In this document: in pieces, positions 38,001 to 50,616 of the stretch | How positions within the stretch are numbered: the stretch's first letter is position 1 | Layout: the number at the start of each line of letters is the position of its first letter | From: Octopus sinensis | Lineage: Eukaryota | Assembly: GCF_006345805.1 (NCBI RefSeq) | Contig: NC_042998.1 | Location: 205,158,001 to 205,222,000 of the forward strand | Reading direction: 5' to 3' | DNA: 64,000 nt | The notes under the pieces: model-generated | What the model was told of the DNA's origin: nothing | Database searches by the model: none | Seen by the model: only the letters and a program-made list of their open reading frames with translations | Made by a program: the position numbers and the translations under genes

Positions 38001-40622
38001 TAACGTGTTGGTGAATTGTTTGACGTGTTGGTGAATTGATGTATTGGTGAATTTTATGATGTGTTGGTGAATTGTTCGTGTTGAATTGTTTGACGTGTTG
38101 GTGAATTGATGTATTGGTGAATTGTTTGATGTGTTAGTGAATTGTTTAACGTGTTGGTGAATTGTTTGACATGTTGGTGAATTGATGTATTGGTGAATTG
38201 TTTGATGTGTTGGTAAACTGTTTGGCGTGTTGGTGAATTGTTTAATGTGTTGGTGAATTGTTTGACGTGTTGGTGAATTGTTTGATGTGTTGATAAATTG
38301 TTTAAAGTATTGGTGAATTGTTTAACGTGCTGGTGAATTGTTTAACGTTTTGAATTGTTTAACGTGTTGGTGAATTGTGTGGCGTGTTGGTGAATGGTTT
38401 GGCATGTTGGTGAATTGTTTAACGTGTTGGTGAATTGTTTGACGTGTTGGTGAATTGTTTGATGTGTTGGTAAATTGTTTAACGTGTTGGTGAATTGTTT
38501 GGCATGTTAGTGAATTATTTGACGTGTTGGTGAATTGTTTAATGTGTTGGTAAATTGTTTGGCGTGTTGGTGAATTGATGTATTGGTGAATTGTTTGATG
38601 TGTTCTTGAATTCTTTAACGTGTTGGTGAATTGATGTATTGGTTAATTGTTTAACGTGTTGGTGAATTGTTTGGTGTTTTGGTGAATTGTATTGGTGAAT
38701 TGTTTGATGTGTTGGCAAATTGTTTAACGTGTTGGTGAATTGTTTGATGTGTTGGTGAATTGATGTATTGGTGAATTGTTTGATGTGTTGGCAAACTGTT
38801 TAATGCACTGGGGAATTGTTTGACGTGTTGGTGAATTGTTTAACCGACGATGATAATGATGATGATGATGATGGTGAATTGTTTGATGTGTTGGTGAATT
38901 GTATAACATGTTGGTGAATTGTTTGGCATGTTGGTGAATTGTTTAATGTGTTGATAAATTGTTTGACCTGTTGCTGAATTGTTTGACATGTTGGCAAATT
39001 GTTTAACGTTTTGGTGAATTGATGTATTGGTGAATTGTTTCATGTGTTGGTGAATTGTTTGACGTGTTGGCAAATTGTTTAATGTGTTGGAGAATTGTTT
39101 GGCATGTTGGTGAATTGTTTAACGTGTTGGTTGAATTGTTTCATGTGTTGGTGTATTGTTTAACGTTTTGGTTAATTGTTTGGCGTGTTGCTGAATTGAT
39201 GTATTGGTGAATTGTTTGACGTGTTGGTGAATTGTTTGGTGTGTTGGTGAATTGTTTGATCTGTTGGTGAATTGTTTAACGTGTTGGTGAATTGTTTTAC
39301 GTGTTGGCAAATTGTTTAACGTGTTGTTGAATTGTTTGGCATGTTGGTGAATTGTTTGATGTGTTGGAGAATTGTTTGGCATATTGATGAATTGTTTGAT
39401 GTGTTGGTGAATTTTTTAACGTGTTGGTGAATTGATGTATTGGTGAATTGTTTGATATGTTGGTGAATTGTTTAACATGTTGGTGAATTGTTTGACATGT
39501 TGGTGAATTGTTTGATGTGTTGTTGAATTGTTTGATGTGTTGGTGAATTGTTTAACATGTTGGTGAATTGTTTAACGTGTTGGTGAATTGTTTGACGTGT
39601 TGGTGAATTGATGTATTGCTGAATTGTTTGATGTGTTGTTGAATTGTTTAACGTTTTGGAGAATTGTTTGACGTGTTGGTGAATTGTTTGATGTGTTGGT
39701 GAATTGATGTTTTAGTGAATTGTTTGATGTGTTGGTGAATTGTTTAACGTGTTGGTGAATTGTTTGACATGTTGGTGAATTGATGTATTGGTGAATTGTT
39801 TAACGTGTTGGTGAATTGATGTATTGGTGAATTGTTTGATGTGTTGGCAAATTGTTTAACGTGTTGGTGAATTGATGTATTGCTGAATTGTTTGATGTGT
39901 TGTTGAATTGTTTAACGTGTTGGAGAATTGTTTGACGTGTTGGTGAATTGTTTGACGTTTTGGTGAAGTGTTTAACGTGTTGGTGAATTATTTGACGTGT
40001 TGGTAAATTGATGTATTGGTGAAATGTTTGATGTGTTGAAGTGTTTAACGTGTTGGTGCAGTGTTTGGCATGTTGGTGAATTGTTTGGCGTGTTGGTGAA
40101 TTGATGTATTGGTAAATTGTTTGATGTATTGGGAAATTGTTTGATGTGTTGGTGAATTGTTTGACGTATTGGTGAATTGTTTGAAGTGTTTCCATGTGTA
40201 TTTGTGTATGAAGTTGACTGACATGTAATTTTTGAACCTGTGGAAGGCATACTAGATGCCGAAATACTGTTCAACAAATTTCACATGATATGGTACTCTT
40301 CTATTTATTTGTGTATTATTATTATTATTATTATTATTATTCTGGTGAGTTGGCAGAATTGTTACCTTGCTGAGCAAAATGCTTTGCGGTATTTTGTCTG
40401 TCTTAACATTCTGAATTCCAACTCCATTGAGGTCAACTCTGCTTTTCATCCTTTCACACCAGAGAAAGTACCAGTTGTGTTCTGGCATCAACTACCCAAC
40501 CTCCCCCAAAATTTCAGCTCTTGTTCCTGTTATAGAAAGAAGTATTATTATTTATTATTATTATTCGTAGTAGTAGTAGTAGCATTAAATGTTTATTACA
40601 ATATTTGAACATTTCTTTTCAG

Positions 40623-40697
40623 TTTCAGTTTGTGAATTCATTCCTGTCTCTGTTTTACATCGCATTCTATCTGCAAGACATGGAACTCTTGAGAGAG
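40623..40697 (+). CDS. ANO8: ANO8 exon H (FQFVNSFLSLFYIAFYLQDMELLRE)
   Basis: Acceptor ttcttttcag, donor GAG|gtgagt; 75 nt, phase 0. Confidence 0.93.
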
Positions 40698-40833
40698 GTG
40701 AGTGCCAGTTTCTGTAAAAGTTAAGATAAAAGTTGTTTAAAAGCCAATGCAATGCAAACCGGAATATAGGAGTGAAAACAGAATAACTGTTTACACTTTA
40801 CCTTAGAGTTTTCAAGAAGCATTGTCTGATATA

Positions 40834-42071
40834 CAGGGGTTGGACAAAATGATGGAAACACCTGGCATCATAGAATCATAATTTTGAAATATCTGTAAAA
40901 CCATCAAAAGCTTGTTTATTTTTATGTTTTTTGATTTATTATTAGTGTTGCTTAATATGTTTGGCTAAAATTGCTGTTTCTTTTCAGGTATCATCAGAAA
41001 AAAGGTAATTAAAATGCATTAAAATGACAGATCTATTAGACTTTCAAAGAGGTCAAATTGTTGGTGCTCGTATGGCAGGCGCTAGCGTAACGGAAACAGC
41101 CGAAATGTTTGGTGTATCAAGAAGTACTGTCTCGAAAGTAATGACAGCCTTTGAGGAAGAGGGAAAAACCTCCTCGTCAGAACAAAACTCCGGAAGGAAA
41201 CCAAAACTTTCAGATAGGGACCATCACACTCTTATGCAAATTGTTAGAAAGGATCACAAAAGTACAGCTTCCAAAATTATTGCAGACCTTAATGATCACC
41301 TTGAGAAACCAGTTTCTGCAAAAACTGTTCGTTGGGAGCTGGGTTTCACAGGAGGGCTGCAATCAGAAAAGCACTACTTTCAAAAATAAACATTGCAAAG
41401 CATTTAGAGTGGAGCAAAAACCTACAGAATTGGTCCCTAGAGCAGTGGAAGAATGTTATTTTCCTGGACAACCAACCGAGTATAAGTGTGGATACAACCA
41501 ATAGAAGCATTTGATCCAGACTGCCTTCTTCCAACTGTTAAACATGGAGGAGGATCTGTGATGATCTGGTGGCAGGAGGGCTATATCTTGGGAATCTTCT
41601 GGCCCAATGGTTTCCCTTCATTGCAGAATTAAGAGTCAAGACTATTTACGCATTTTATCTGATCAAATTCATCCTATGGTTGTGGAACTGTTTCTGGTGG
41701 GAAACATCTTTCGGGATGGTAATGCACCAATTCACACAGCTAAAGTTGTTACTGAATGACATGAGAAACATTCTGGTGAAGTTGAATATCTTATCCGGCC
41801 ACCACAGTCTCCAGGTCTCAATATTATTGAACATGGTGTATTTTAGAAAAGCAAGTAAGGAGTCGATATCCTCCACCATCATCACAACAAGAACTGGAGA
41901 CTGTTTTAGCTGAAGAATGGACAATAATTCCTTTGGAAACAATTCAAACTTTGTACGAGCCCATACCTCATAGAATTCAAGCTGTAATTACTGCCAAATG
42001 CCGTCCCACTCCATATTAAAATAAATTTGTTTGAAATTTTAAGGTGTTTCCATTATTCTGTCCAATCCCTA
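40834..42071 (+). mobile_element. Tc1-like DNA transposon with pseudogenised transposase
   Basis: 30-bp TIRs CAGGGGTTGGACAAAATGATGGAAACACCT / AGGTGTTTCCATTATTCTGTCCAATCCCTA, left TA; HTH ORF from 41024, WKNVIF, TVKHGGGSVMIW, D.NAP.H and PPQSP.LN.IE remnants; frameshifts. Confidence 0.92.
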
Positions 42072-42102
<31 letters not shown>

Positions 42103-42739
42103 TAGAAAAAATGAGGTAATCAGATCGGATGGTTCATATTTATAGATATTTATTTATATATTACATTTTTTACATATATATCATATCATTCAGATCATAT
42201 CATTCGGATTAGCGCTTTCTCCCAATCCAGTGGGGTTTTCAAATCAAATCAAATCAATTCCTTTGTGGGGAATTTGAACTATTATAGTTTCGTAGTAGTG
42301 GGGAGGAATAAGACAGTATAAAAGGGTGAGGAGGAAGTGAGACAGAGAAAACATGTGTGTATGTGTATGTGTGTGTGTGTATGTGTATGTGTGTGTGTGT
42401 GTTTGTATCTGAGAGGGAAGAAGAAGTATTATGTGGTTTTCTAAGAATTTTGGCTCTACTCTCTGTCCAGTCTCGTGTCACTGAGTGTGTGTTGTGCGTA
42501 GGCTGGCCGGACAAATGTCATTTGGGGTCACACTTTCTATGATCGTTTTGTGGAGGTGTGTGTGTGTGTCCGTGTGTGTTTTTGTGTGTGTGTGTGTGTG
42601 TCTCTGTGTATATATATAGATAGATATAGATATGTGGATTCACCTCTATTGCTGTGTTTAGATTTAAGGCTAACCTTTAGATCTTTCAAATTCTTCAGTG
42701 ACTAGTGATGGCATTCATCATTTCCTTTTATCATTTCAG

Positions 42740-43156
42740 CAACTGATGGCTCTTCTAATAATGCGCCAAATTATCGGAAATGTGAAAGAAGCTTTGTTAC
42801 CATATCTGATGTGGCACTTTCGTATGATAAAAGCCGGACTGATCACAACAGTGGAATCACCAGAGAAGGAATGTGGTGAACTTCCATTAAATACAGAGAA
42901 TAAAAAACCCTGCAACTCTGAAGCATCGGCGGAAGAAGAGGAACATCTCACTCCAGAGATGACCAACACAAATGAAACGGCTGATCAGCAAGAAAGCAGT
43001 GAAGAAAAAACTGCAGGGAACAATCCTGAAAATGAAGATGAAAAATCTTTGATTGGGGATTTGTCTGACAATAGGGACCGTATGGAACTGCCCCCTCGCA
43101 AAGCTTCAGCTGGGAACTCACCGAGTCAAGCTGAAGTTGAAAGTACGATGAGTGAG
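42740..43156 (+). CDS. ANO8: ANO8 exon I (QLMALLIMRQIIGNVKE, acidic loop, SQAEVESTMSE)
   Basis: Acceptor catttcag, donor GAG|gtaaga; 417 nt in frame; Glu-rich loop typical of ANO8. Confidence 0.92.
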
Positions 43157-44467
43157 GTAAGAACTAGATATACATTCACCACCACCACCACCACCACTCC
43201 CAATCTACCACCACCACCACCATACAACCATTTCTTCTTCACATACTTCAAAATACCAATCCTTCTGTGACGAACCATAATATTCACCAAACACCCCAAT
43301 CTCCATTTTCTGACTACATACATTCTTCTCTCTCTCTTTCTCATCTTCTCTCTCTCTCTCCCCCTCATCTTCCTTCTTCCAAATATCAATATTTGTCTTC
43401 TTTCTGAGTGTTGCTGACCCCTATCATGTCATCAATCCTTAGTATTTTCTTATTCGTTTTTGGCCTCTCAATGTCCACTTTGTGTCCCCTAACCTCTCGC
43501 TATATTTTCCCTTACAATTAACCCCTTAAATACAATCCCCTCTGTATGTACACCATTCCAATTCCTTCATATATTTCCATGCAATTACTAATCCAACACC
43601 CTTCAAATTTATAAAGACCCCTAACTTTACTTCAACTCTATCAAGGTTTTTTTTACTCTAGAAGGAATTCTGGACCCTATAACTATAAATTTTCCCCTCT
43701 GTCCCTAAATCATCAAACTTCATCAAAATCCTTCCTGGTTTTTGTTGTTGTTTAACCCCTGGCTAACCCTTATTCAGCAGACCTATGATCAAAGACATTC
43801 CAGCTGTGACCATCTCACCCTTTCAGATTATAATTATTATGTTCTGCAGCCAAAAAAATCTCACATACATCATTCATGATAAACACTTCAGCAGCAAACA
43901 CCATTGTGCAATGCCCCAGTCCAAACCAGAATGGTAACTGGAAAGAAATGGTAAAACATTAGCTTGGTAAAGATGCCATTACCATCATCTGCCTAACTTT
44001 CCTAGCACCACACTAATGGTCATGTAAAGTTTGGGAGGTTTTTCCTGCCAATAGGACAGCAGAACATAATTGAAAGGGTATTTGGCTGCTATTGCTAGCA
44101 GATCAACCATTGCAATATAGATCTTCATGGTTTTGTTCCCACCTTTAGATTTTCCTAAACTTTTCTACAAATAACAAAAATCCATTTTTCATAGAAATTA
44201 ATAATAAAGATGTTTCGAGTTTAGAAAATTTTAACCATGAAAAGAAAGAACTCCATCGTCACATATGCTGCAGTGATGCGGTCTGATAGGAGACATGGTT
44301 ATGTATGTCTCACTTGGAACCAACCAAAAATTTCTAACATTTTCTAAGTCAATATTGTAAACCTCTTTGAGACGCTTCTCCTCCACCGCCACCACCACCA
44401 CTAATGGACAACATAGAAGCTCAGTGATTGATTTGTTCTTTCATTCCTAGTTTTCCTTTTCTTGCAG

Positions 44468-44665
44468 TATGAAGACACGTTTGAAGATTATTTGGAAATG
44501 TTCATCCAGTTTGGCTACGTGACTCTATTCTCTTCCGCTTTCCCCCTCGCTGCCCTCTGCGCTCTACTCAACAATGTCATAGAAATTCGCTCGGATGCAT
44601 TTAAACTTTGCATGACTTGTCGGCGTCCTTTCGGCCAACAAGTTGAGAATATTGGAACCTGGGCT
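44468..44665 (+). CDS. ANO8: ANO8 exon J (YEDTFEDYLEMFIQFGY...EIRSDAFKLC...IGTWA)
   Basis: Acceptor cttgcag, donor gtaagt; 198 nt; carries the conserved acidic residues of the TMEM16 Ca2+ site region. Confidence 0.95.
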
Positions 44666-45257
44666 GTAAGTATTGCCAAACTCTGTGATTACTTCTTGTC
44701 AGTTTTTCTCTTCAACTGAATTCTCAAACTTCCTCTTTGCCTCTGATTCTTCTAAGCCTGTTGTTTCCCTATCATCCTTCAAACCGTTTCTATATTGACC
44801 TCAGATATTTCTCTACAACAGACTTTTAATACAATTCTTCCCTACTGTTCTACCACAACAATGTGGTGGTATTGTGGTTGAGAAGCCAAACCATGTGGGT
44901 TCAGGTTCAGTCCCACTGCGTGGAACCTTCAGCCTTATGTGTATGTATATTTATATATACATGTATTTGTATGTATGTGTCATCATCATCGTTTAATGTC
45001 TGCTTTCCATGCTGGCGAACCAGATGGCTGCACCAGGCTCCAGTCAGATCTGGCAGAGTTTCTACAGCTGGATGCCCTTCCTAACGCCAACCACTCTGAG
45101 TGTAGTGGGTGCTTTTCACGTGCCACCGGCACAGGAGCCAGTCAGCCAGTACTGGCATCATCTATGCTTGAATGGTGCTTTTTACGTGCCACCAGTCAGG
45201 CGGCACTGTCATTCGGCACAACGATTTTACTTGCCTCAACAGGTCTTTACAAGCGCA

Positions 45258-45288
<31 letters not shown>

Positions 45289-45426
45289 TTCATCATCATC
45301 GTTGTTTAACATCCGCTTTCAATGCTAGCATGGGTTGGATGATTTGACTGAGGTCTGGCGAACCAGATGGCTGCACCAGGCTCCAATCTTGATTTGGCAG
45401 AGTTTCTACAGCTTGATGCCCTTCAT

Positions 45427-45642
45427 ACAGGGTACAGTGCTGAAAAAGTTCCTGGTTTTGAGGGTCTTGCGAAAGGCCTGGTTGAAGGTGCACACTTCAG
45501 AGTTCTTTTACTGGGCTTAGAAAACCTGAAGGACCACTGAAATAAGTTCGTTAATTTGAAAGAATATGTTAAATAAAATCATAATTAACTGTTCTTGTAT
45601 TCTCTTGTACCCAAACCCAGGAACTTTTCAGCATCCCCTCAT
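45427..45642. mobile_element. Mariner-type MITE
   Basis: TIRs tgctgaaaaagttcctgg / ccaggaacttttcagca. Confidence 0.65.
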
Positions 45643-45682
45643 ATGTATATGTGTGTGTTTGTATATATATATATATATATAT

Positions 45683-46540
45683 ATCATCATCATCATCATT
45701 TAGCGTCCACTTTCCATGCTAGCATGGGTTGGACGGTTCAACTGGGGTCTGGGAAGCCAGGGGCTGCGCCAGGCCCAGTCTGATCTGGCAGTGTTTCTAC
45801 AGCTGGATGCCCTTCCTAACGCCAACCACTCCGTGAGTGTAGTGGGTGCTTTTTATGTGCCACCGACAACAGGTGCCAGACGAGGCTGGCGAACGGCCAT
45901 GATCGGATGGTGTTTGTTACGTGCCCACAGCACGGAGGCCAGTCGATGTGTTATGGTTACAGCCACGTTCGGATGGCTTTATATGTGCCACCGGCACTAG
46001 TAACACAAAAATGCAAATTCCATGATGTCATTTTCGATTTTGATTTGATTTGATTTTCACTTGCCTCAACAGGTTTTCACAAGTAGAGTTATGTGTCCCA
46101 AGAAGGAAGGTATGCACAGGTGGACTGACTATGTCTCAGGTAGGGGCCATGGGTTATGGCCTCACGTGTCCCGCCGGGTCTTCTCGCGCACAGCATACTT
46201 CAAAACGTCTCGGTCTCTGTTCATTTCCTCGGTGAGACCTAAAGCGCAAAGGTCGTTCTTCACCACCTCGTCCCAGGTTTTCCTGGGTCTACTTTTTCCA
46301 CAGGTTCCCTCAACCGCTAGGGTGTGGCACTTTTTCACACAACTATCTTCATCCATTCTTACTACGTGTCCATACCAGCGTAGATGCCTCTCTTGCACAC
46401 CACATCTGATGCTTCTTAGGTCCAACTTTTCTCTCAAGGCACTTACACTCTGTCAGGTATGAACACTGACATTACACATCCAACGGAGCATACTGGCTTC
46501 ATTTCTTGCGAGCTTACGCATATCCTCAGCAGTCACGGCC
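45683..46540 (-). mobile_element. 3' fragment of the same RTE family
   Basis: ORF REKLDLRSIRCGVQERHLRWYGHV, shared 3' UTR and (CAT)n tail at 45683. Confidence 0.9.
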
Positions 46541-46961
46541 CATGTATATATACATACATATATATACACACACACATACACATTTACACACCACAGATTC
46601 TTTCTACACTTGGCACAGGGCCTGAAATTTTGGGAGAGGGGGGCCAGTGATAGATCGACCCTAGTATGCAACTGGTACTTAATTTATCGACCCTGAAATT
46701 ATGAAACGCAAGCTCGACTTCAACGGGATTTGAACTCAGAAAGTAAAAGACATGAAACACTGCCCAGCGTGTTGACCATCCTGCCAGCTTGCCACAATAT
46801 CAGTTTGTCCCTGGTATAGCTTGACAATTGGTGTTGGTTTGTTCACATCCAAGATGCTAATAGGTAATTATCAAACTTTAAAGAAAAAAGTCCTGGGGTC
46901 AATTTCTTCGACTAAACCTTTGAAAGCACTGCCCCAGCATGGCCTTGGTTAATTGGCTGAA

Positions 46962-47061
46962 NNNNNNNNNNNNNNNNNNNNNNNNNNNNNNNNNNNNNNN
47001 NNNNNNNNNNNNNNNNNNNNNNNNNNNNNNNNNNNNNNNNNNNNNNNNNNNNNNNNNNNNN
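46962..47061. other. Assembly gap (100 N)
   Basis: Run of exactly 100 N, typical of an unsized scaffold gap. Confidence 0.99.
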
Positions 47062-47387
47062 TCGTAAAGCAAACATTTTCCAATTATGAAGAGAAGGTTT
47101 TCTTCAATACAGGTTCCATTAAACACGTCTGTCCAACCTTATTTTTATTTAATATTTCTGTTCCAATTTTTCATATTTCTTTATTAATACCTAAATTCAG
47201 TCAACATTTCCACATCTTTCCAGTCGCATTTTCAAGAACTGAATAGATTTGGCATCTGTGTTGTTTCTTATATATTGGTTGAATTCCTGTAGAGTTTCTT
47301 ACCAAAGTTTTTTGTTATGAAGCCTCAAACATCACCATTCTAAAATAAAAAGGACGAAACTTGAAAACAGTCATCTATTTAATGACG

Positions 47388-47418
<31 letters not shown>

Positions 47419-47435
47419 TGTGTGTAAGGATGCTG

Positions 47436-48460
47436 GTCCAAGCATGCTGGCCTCATTTCTTCAAAGCCTTCACAAGTCCTCTGTAGCCAAAGCCCATGTT
47501 TTACTGCCATGCAACATAGCTGTACGTAGACAGGCATCATACAATCTGCCTTTCACTCTGGAGGAGAGAAGCCCTTAGTTACCAACAGAGGCAGAAGCTC
47601 TCTGAACTTTGCCCAGCAATTACACTTTCAGAATTCCTCGCCCATTGCTAACTTGGTCCCCTTGGAAACAGAAGCTGTCTACTACTTCTAATAAGCCACC
47701 TGAGCAGTTGAGAGAGTCTCTTGCCTGCACATGTGCCACACACAAAGACTATATTCTCCATTAACCTTCCTTTGCTACCACTGCACCGCATGGTGTACAA
47801 GAGAGACGGCTGCACTGGTATGGTGGTGATGTAATGCGTATACATGAGGACAGCTGTGTGAAGAAGGGTTACACTTGAATGGTGGCAGGAACCTGTAGAA
47901 GACATAGACCCAGGAAGACATGGGATGAGGTGGTGAAGCACAATCTTTGAATGTTGGGCCGAACAGAGGCAATGACAAGCAACCCAGACCCTTGGTGATA
48001 TGCCCAGCAAGCCAGGTGAGATCCTATCCATGGCTGATGCCAGTGTTGCATAACTGGCCTGTTAAAAGCTCCCTTCAATCGTTGGGTGATATGCTGTGCT
48101 TCTGAAGACTTGTTGAACAGAGTGGAATTGTAGTCCTGACCAATGCCAATGCCATCCAACTGGCACCCGTGCTGGTGTCATGTAAAAAGCACCATTCAAG
48201 CATTAGGCCTCATGGAGGCAGTGACAGGTGACCAAGACCCTTGGTGATATACTGTGCTTGTGGCCAATGCCAGGTCAATGGCACCCATACCAGTGGCATG
48301 TAAAGAACACACACTACACTTTTGGAGTGGTTGGCATTAGGAAGGGCATCAAGCTGTAGAAACCTTGCCAGATTTGGAACCTGGTGCAGCCTCCTGGCTT
48401 ATCAGTCCTCAGTCAAACCGTCCAACCCATGCCAGCATGGAAAGCGGACATTAAATGATA
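47436..48460. mobile_element. RTE copy with inverted 5' part (minus 47436-47776, plus 47780-48460)
   Basis: Minus part encodes WAKFRELLPLLVTKG...RNEASML; plus part encodes GVQERRLHWYG and the 3' UTR. Confidence 0.8.
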
Positions 48461-48785
48461 TATATATATATCTCATCATCATCTTTTAATGTCCATCTTC
48501 CATGTTGGCATAGGTAGTGTGGTTGACAGAAGCCAGTCATGTAGAAAAACTACCCAAGGCTAATGTGCCTGTTTTGGCAGGAATATTATGGTTGAATGCC
48601 TTTCTAACACCAACTTTTTACGTGGTGTTTACAGCTGGATGCCCTTCCAAGTGCCAACCACTTTAAAAAAAATTGGAGGGGAAATTATGTGGTTTTTTCA
48701 ATTTGTAATCCTATTATTTGGTAAATTCTTGGAGTAATTTCTCCCTGGGACTACTCGTAATTTCTATTTTTATTCCGCTTTACAG

Positions 48786-48896
48786 CACATCATTCTTGGA
48801 GTAAAGATGTGGATTGCTTATGCCATACCTGACATTCCTCAATGGGTCGCTACAGAAATGTCACGTCTTGATTTTCTACGACGAGAAGCTTTCAAG
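48786..48896 (+). CDS. ANO8: ANO8 exon L (HIILGVKMWIAYAIPDIPQWVATEMSRLDFLRREAFK)
   Basis: Acceptor ctttacag, donor AAG|gtaatg; 111 nt, phase 0; IPDIP motif. Confidence 0.92.
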
Positions 48897-50616
48897 GTAA
48901 TGTAATTATTTATGAAAACTAATTGGTTTTAATTAGCATTCCTCACCCCCCCCCATCTCTCTCGTGTGTCTGTGTCATTTCACATGATCAGCTGATTAAG
49001 CAACCAATCAGTATCAAGCCATCATGTGATTTGACTTTCTAGAACTTTCTCATTAAACCCTGTATAAAGGTGGGTTTTGGTGGTAATCCCAGAAATGTTG
49101 AGACAGCCACTCAATGTCTCCATTCTCATCCACCACCAGCCATTGGCAGACAGAAGACACAGATTTTGTTGCCATGAATATAGCGTGATTATTTCCCAGT
49201 TGTGATGGGCCAACCACAGATTGCTATATCAGTTAAATTGTCGTAGATCCCAGTAGTATGTCTCTATGTGTAAGTGTCACATCATCGTTTAATGTCCGTT
49301 TTCCATGCCGGCATGGGCTGGAAAGTTTGACTGGGGATTGGCAAGCCATGAGGCTGCACCAGGCTCCAATCTGATCTGGCAATGTTTCTACAACTGGATG
49401 CCCTTCCTAACACCAACCACTCTGAGAGGGTAATGGGTGCTTTTTACATGCCACTGGCATCAACCACATTTGGATGGTGCTTTTTACGTGCCACTGGCAT
49501 GGGGAGCCGGTCTGACGGCACCATGCATGAATGGTGCTTATTGCATGCCACCAGCATGAGAGCCAGTCAGGTGGCACTGGCATCGGCTAGAAAACACCAT
49601 GTGCAGTAAATAAATTCTCTGTTAATGTTCCCAAGTGTTGCTTCTTACTTCTACACACAGCCCTAGAAATACATTTTCAGTCACCAGCAGTAAACACCTC
49701 ACGTGACAGTTTAACACCTCCCCCCTACACACAGTGAAGCTATCATGTCGTTTGATGTTTTGTCTTTCACCCCCCTCCCCACCACATTGACCACTTGTGG
49801 ATGCAGTGGTGAAGATGTTCACTCCCCAATCCTGAAAGCCTGAGTTCAGACTGGTGGTGGTGTATCATTGACCCTCGGTCTTTTGACTTTGGCTCAGGTT
49901 GACCCAAGCCTTGTGAGTGAAATGAAGTTGATGAAAACTGTGGAGAAGCCCAGTTTTCGATACATTCCAATTCAAAAGAGGCAGCAGCTTGTCTCATTCA
50001 GTGTCGTGCATATTGAGACATTAAAGACACATGCCTATGGAATATTCAGCCACTTAAAGGTTAATTCAACGAGTCAGCAGTTCAAGCCACTCAGCTTCCA
50101 AAACCCAAGGAGAATCTACCCCAACCCCCACCCCTCTCTAATTAGCTGCTAATCAACTACCCCAACCCTACATCACATGGCTGTTTCTCCCTCTCTAACC
50201 ATAGTGTTTTATTTATCCTCAGGCACCACACTAGATCCAGTCCTTTCTCCCCCTCAACATCATCCCACTGCTGTTATCACCATGTCTTTTTAGAAATGGT
50301 CACACTGGAATTACATTAATCTCACCTCAGAATCCCTGTAAAGACAACAAACATTGACCCTTTAGCATTCAAACTGGCCATATTTGGCCAAAATATTCTA
50401 TCTGTTCAAACTAGCCGGATCCATCCTCTTACACCTACCCTACAATGTCATTCTAATAATAAACAATCACATCATTGAAATCTCAAAACTATGAGATAAT
50501 GCTTGATTAATTAAAAGCAATGTGAATCACAAATTTAAGTCACATGACATGTGGTATTTTATAATTAATAGAATTAGTTATCAAAATAATTAAATTCTGT
50601 CTTTTCTGAATTTTAG

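Larger units (their letters stand above)
27441..40190. repeat. Intronic satellite array, 20-bp unit TGTTTGACGTGTTGGTGAAT with shorter variants (e.g. 16-bp TGATGTATTGGTGAAT)
   Basis: Directly visible tandem array of ~12.75 kb, roughly 600+ units, with two non-repeat islands. Confidence 0.98.

Noticed and set aside
27441-40190. CRISPR-like or RT-associated repeat array
   Set aside because: Units are contiguous with no unique spacers, there are no cas genes, the context is a spliceosomal intron, and the embedded RT piece is a LINE fragment.
28850-40277. Many minus-strand ORFs (TIHQ/NNSPT/KQFTN repeats)
   Set aside because: These are translations of the 20-bp satellite in all three frames; unit lengths are mostly not multiples of three and stops are frequent.
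41024-41389. Functional transposase gene
   Set aside because: Frameshifts, a deletion across the first catalytic region and stop codons; pseudogene only.
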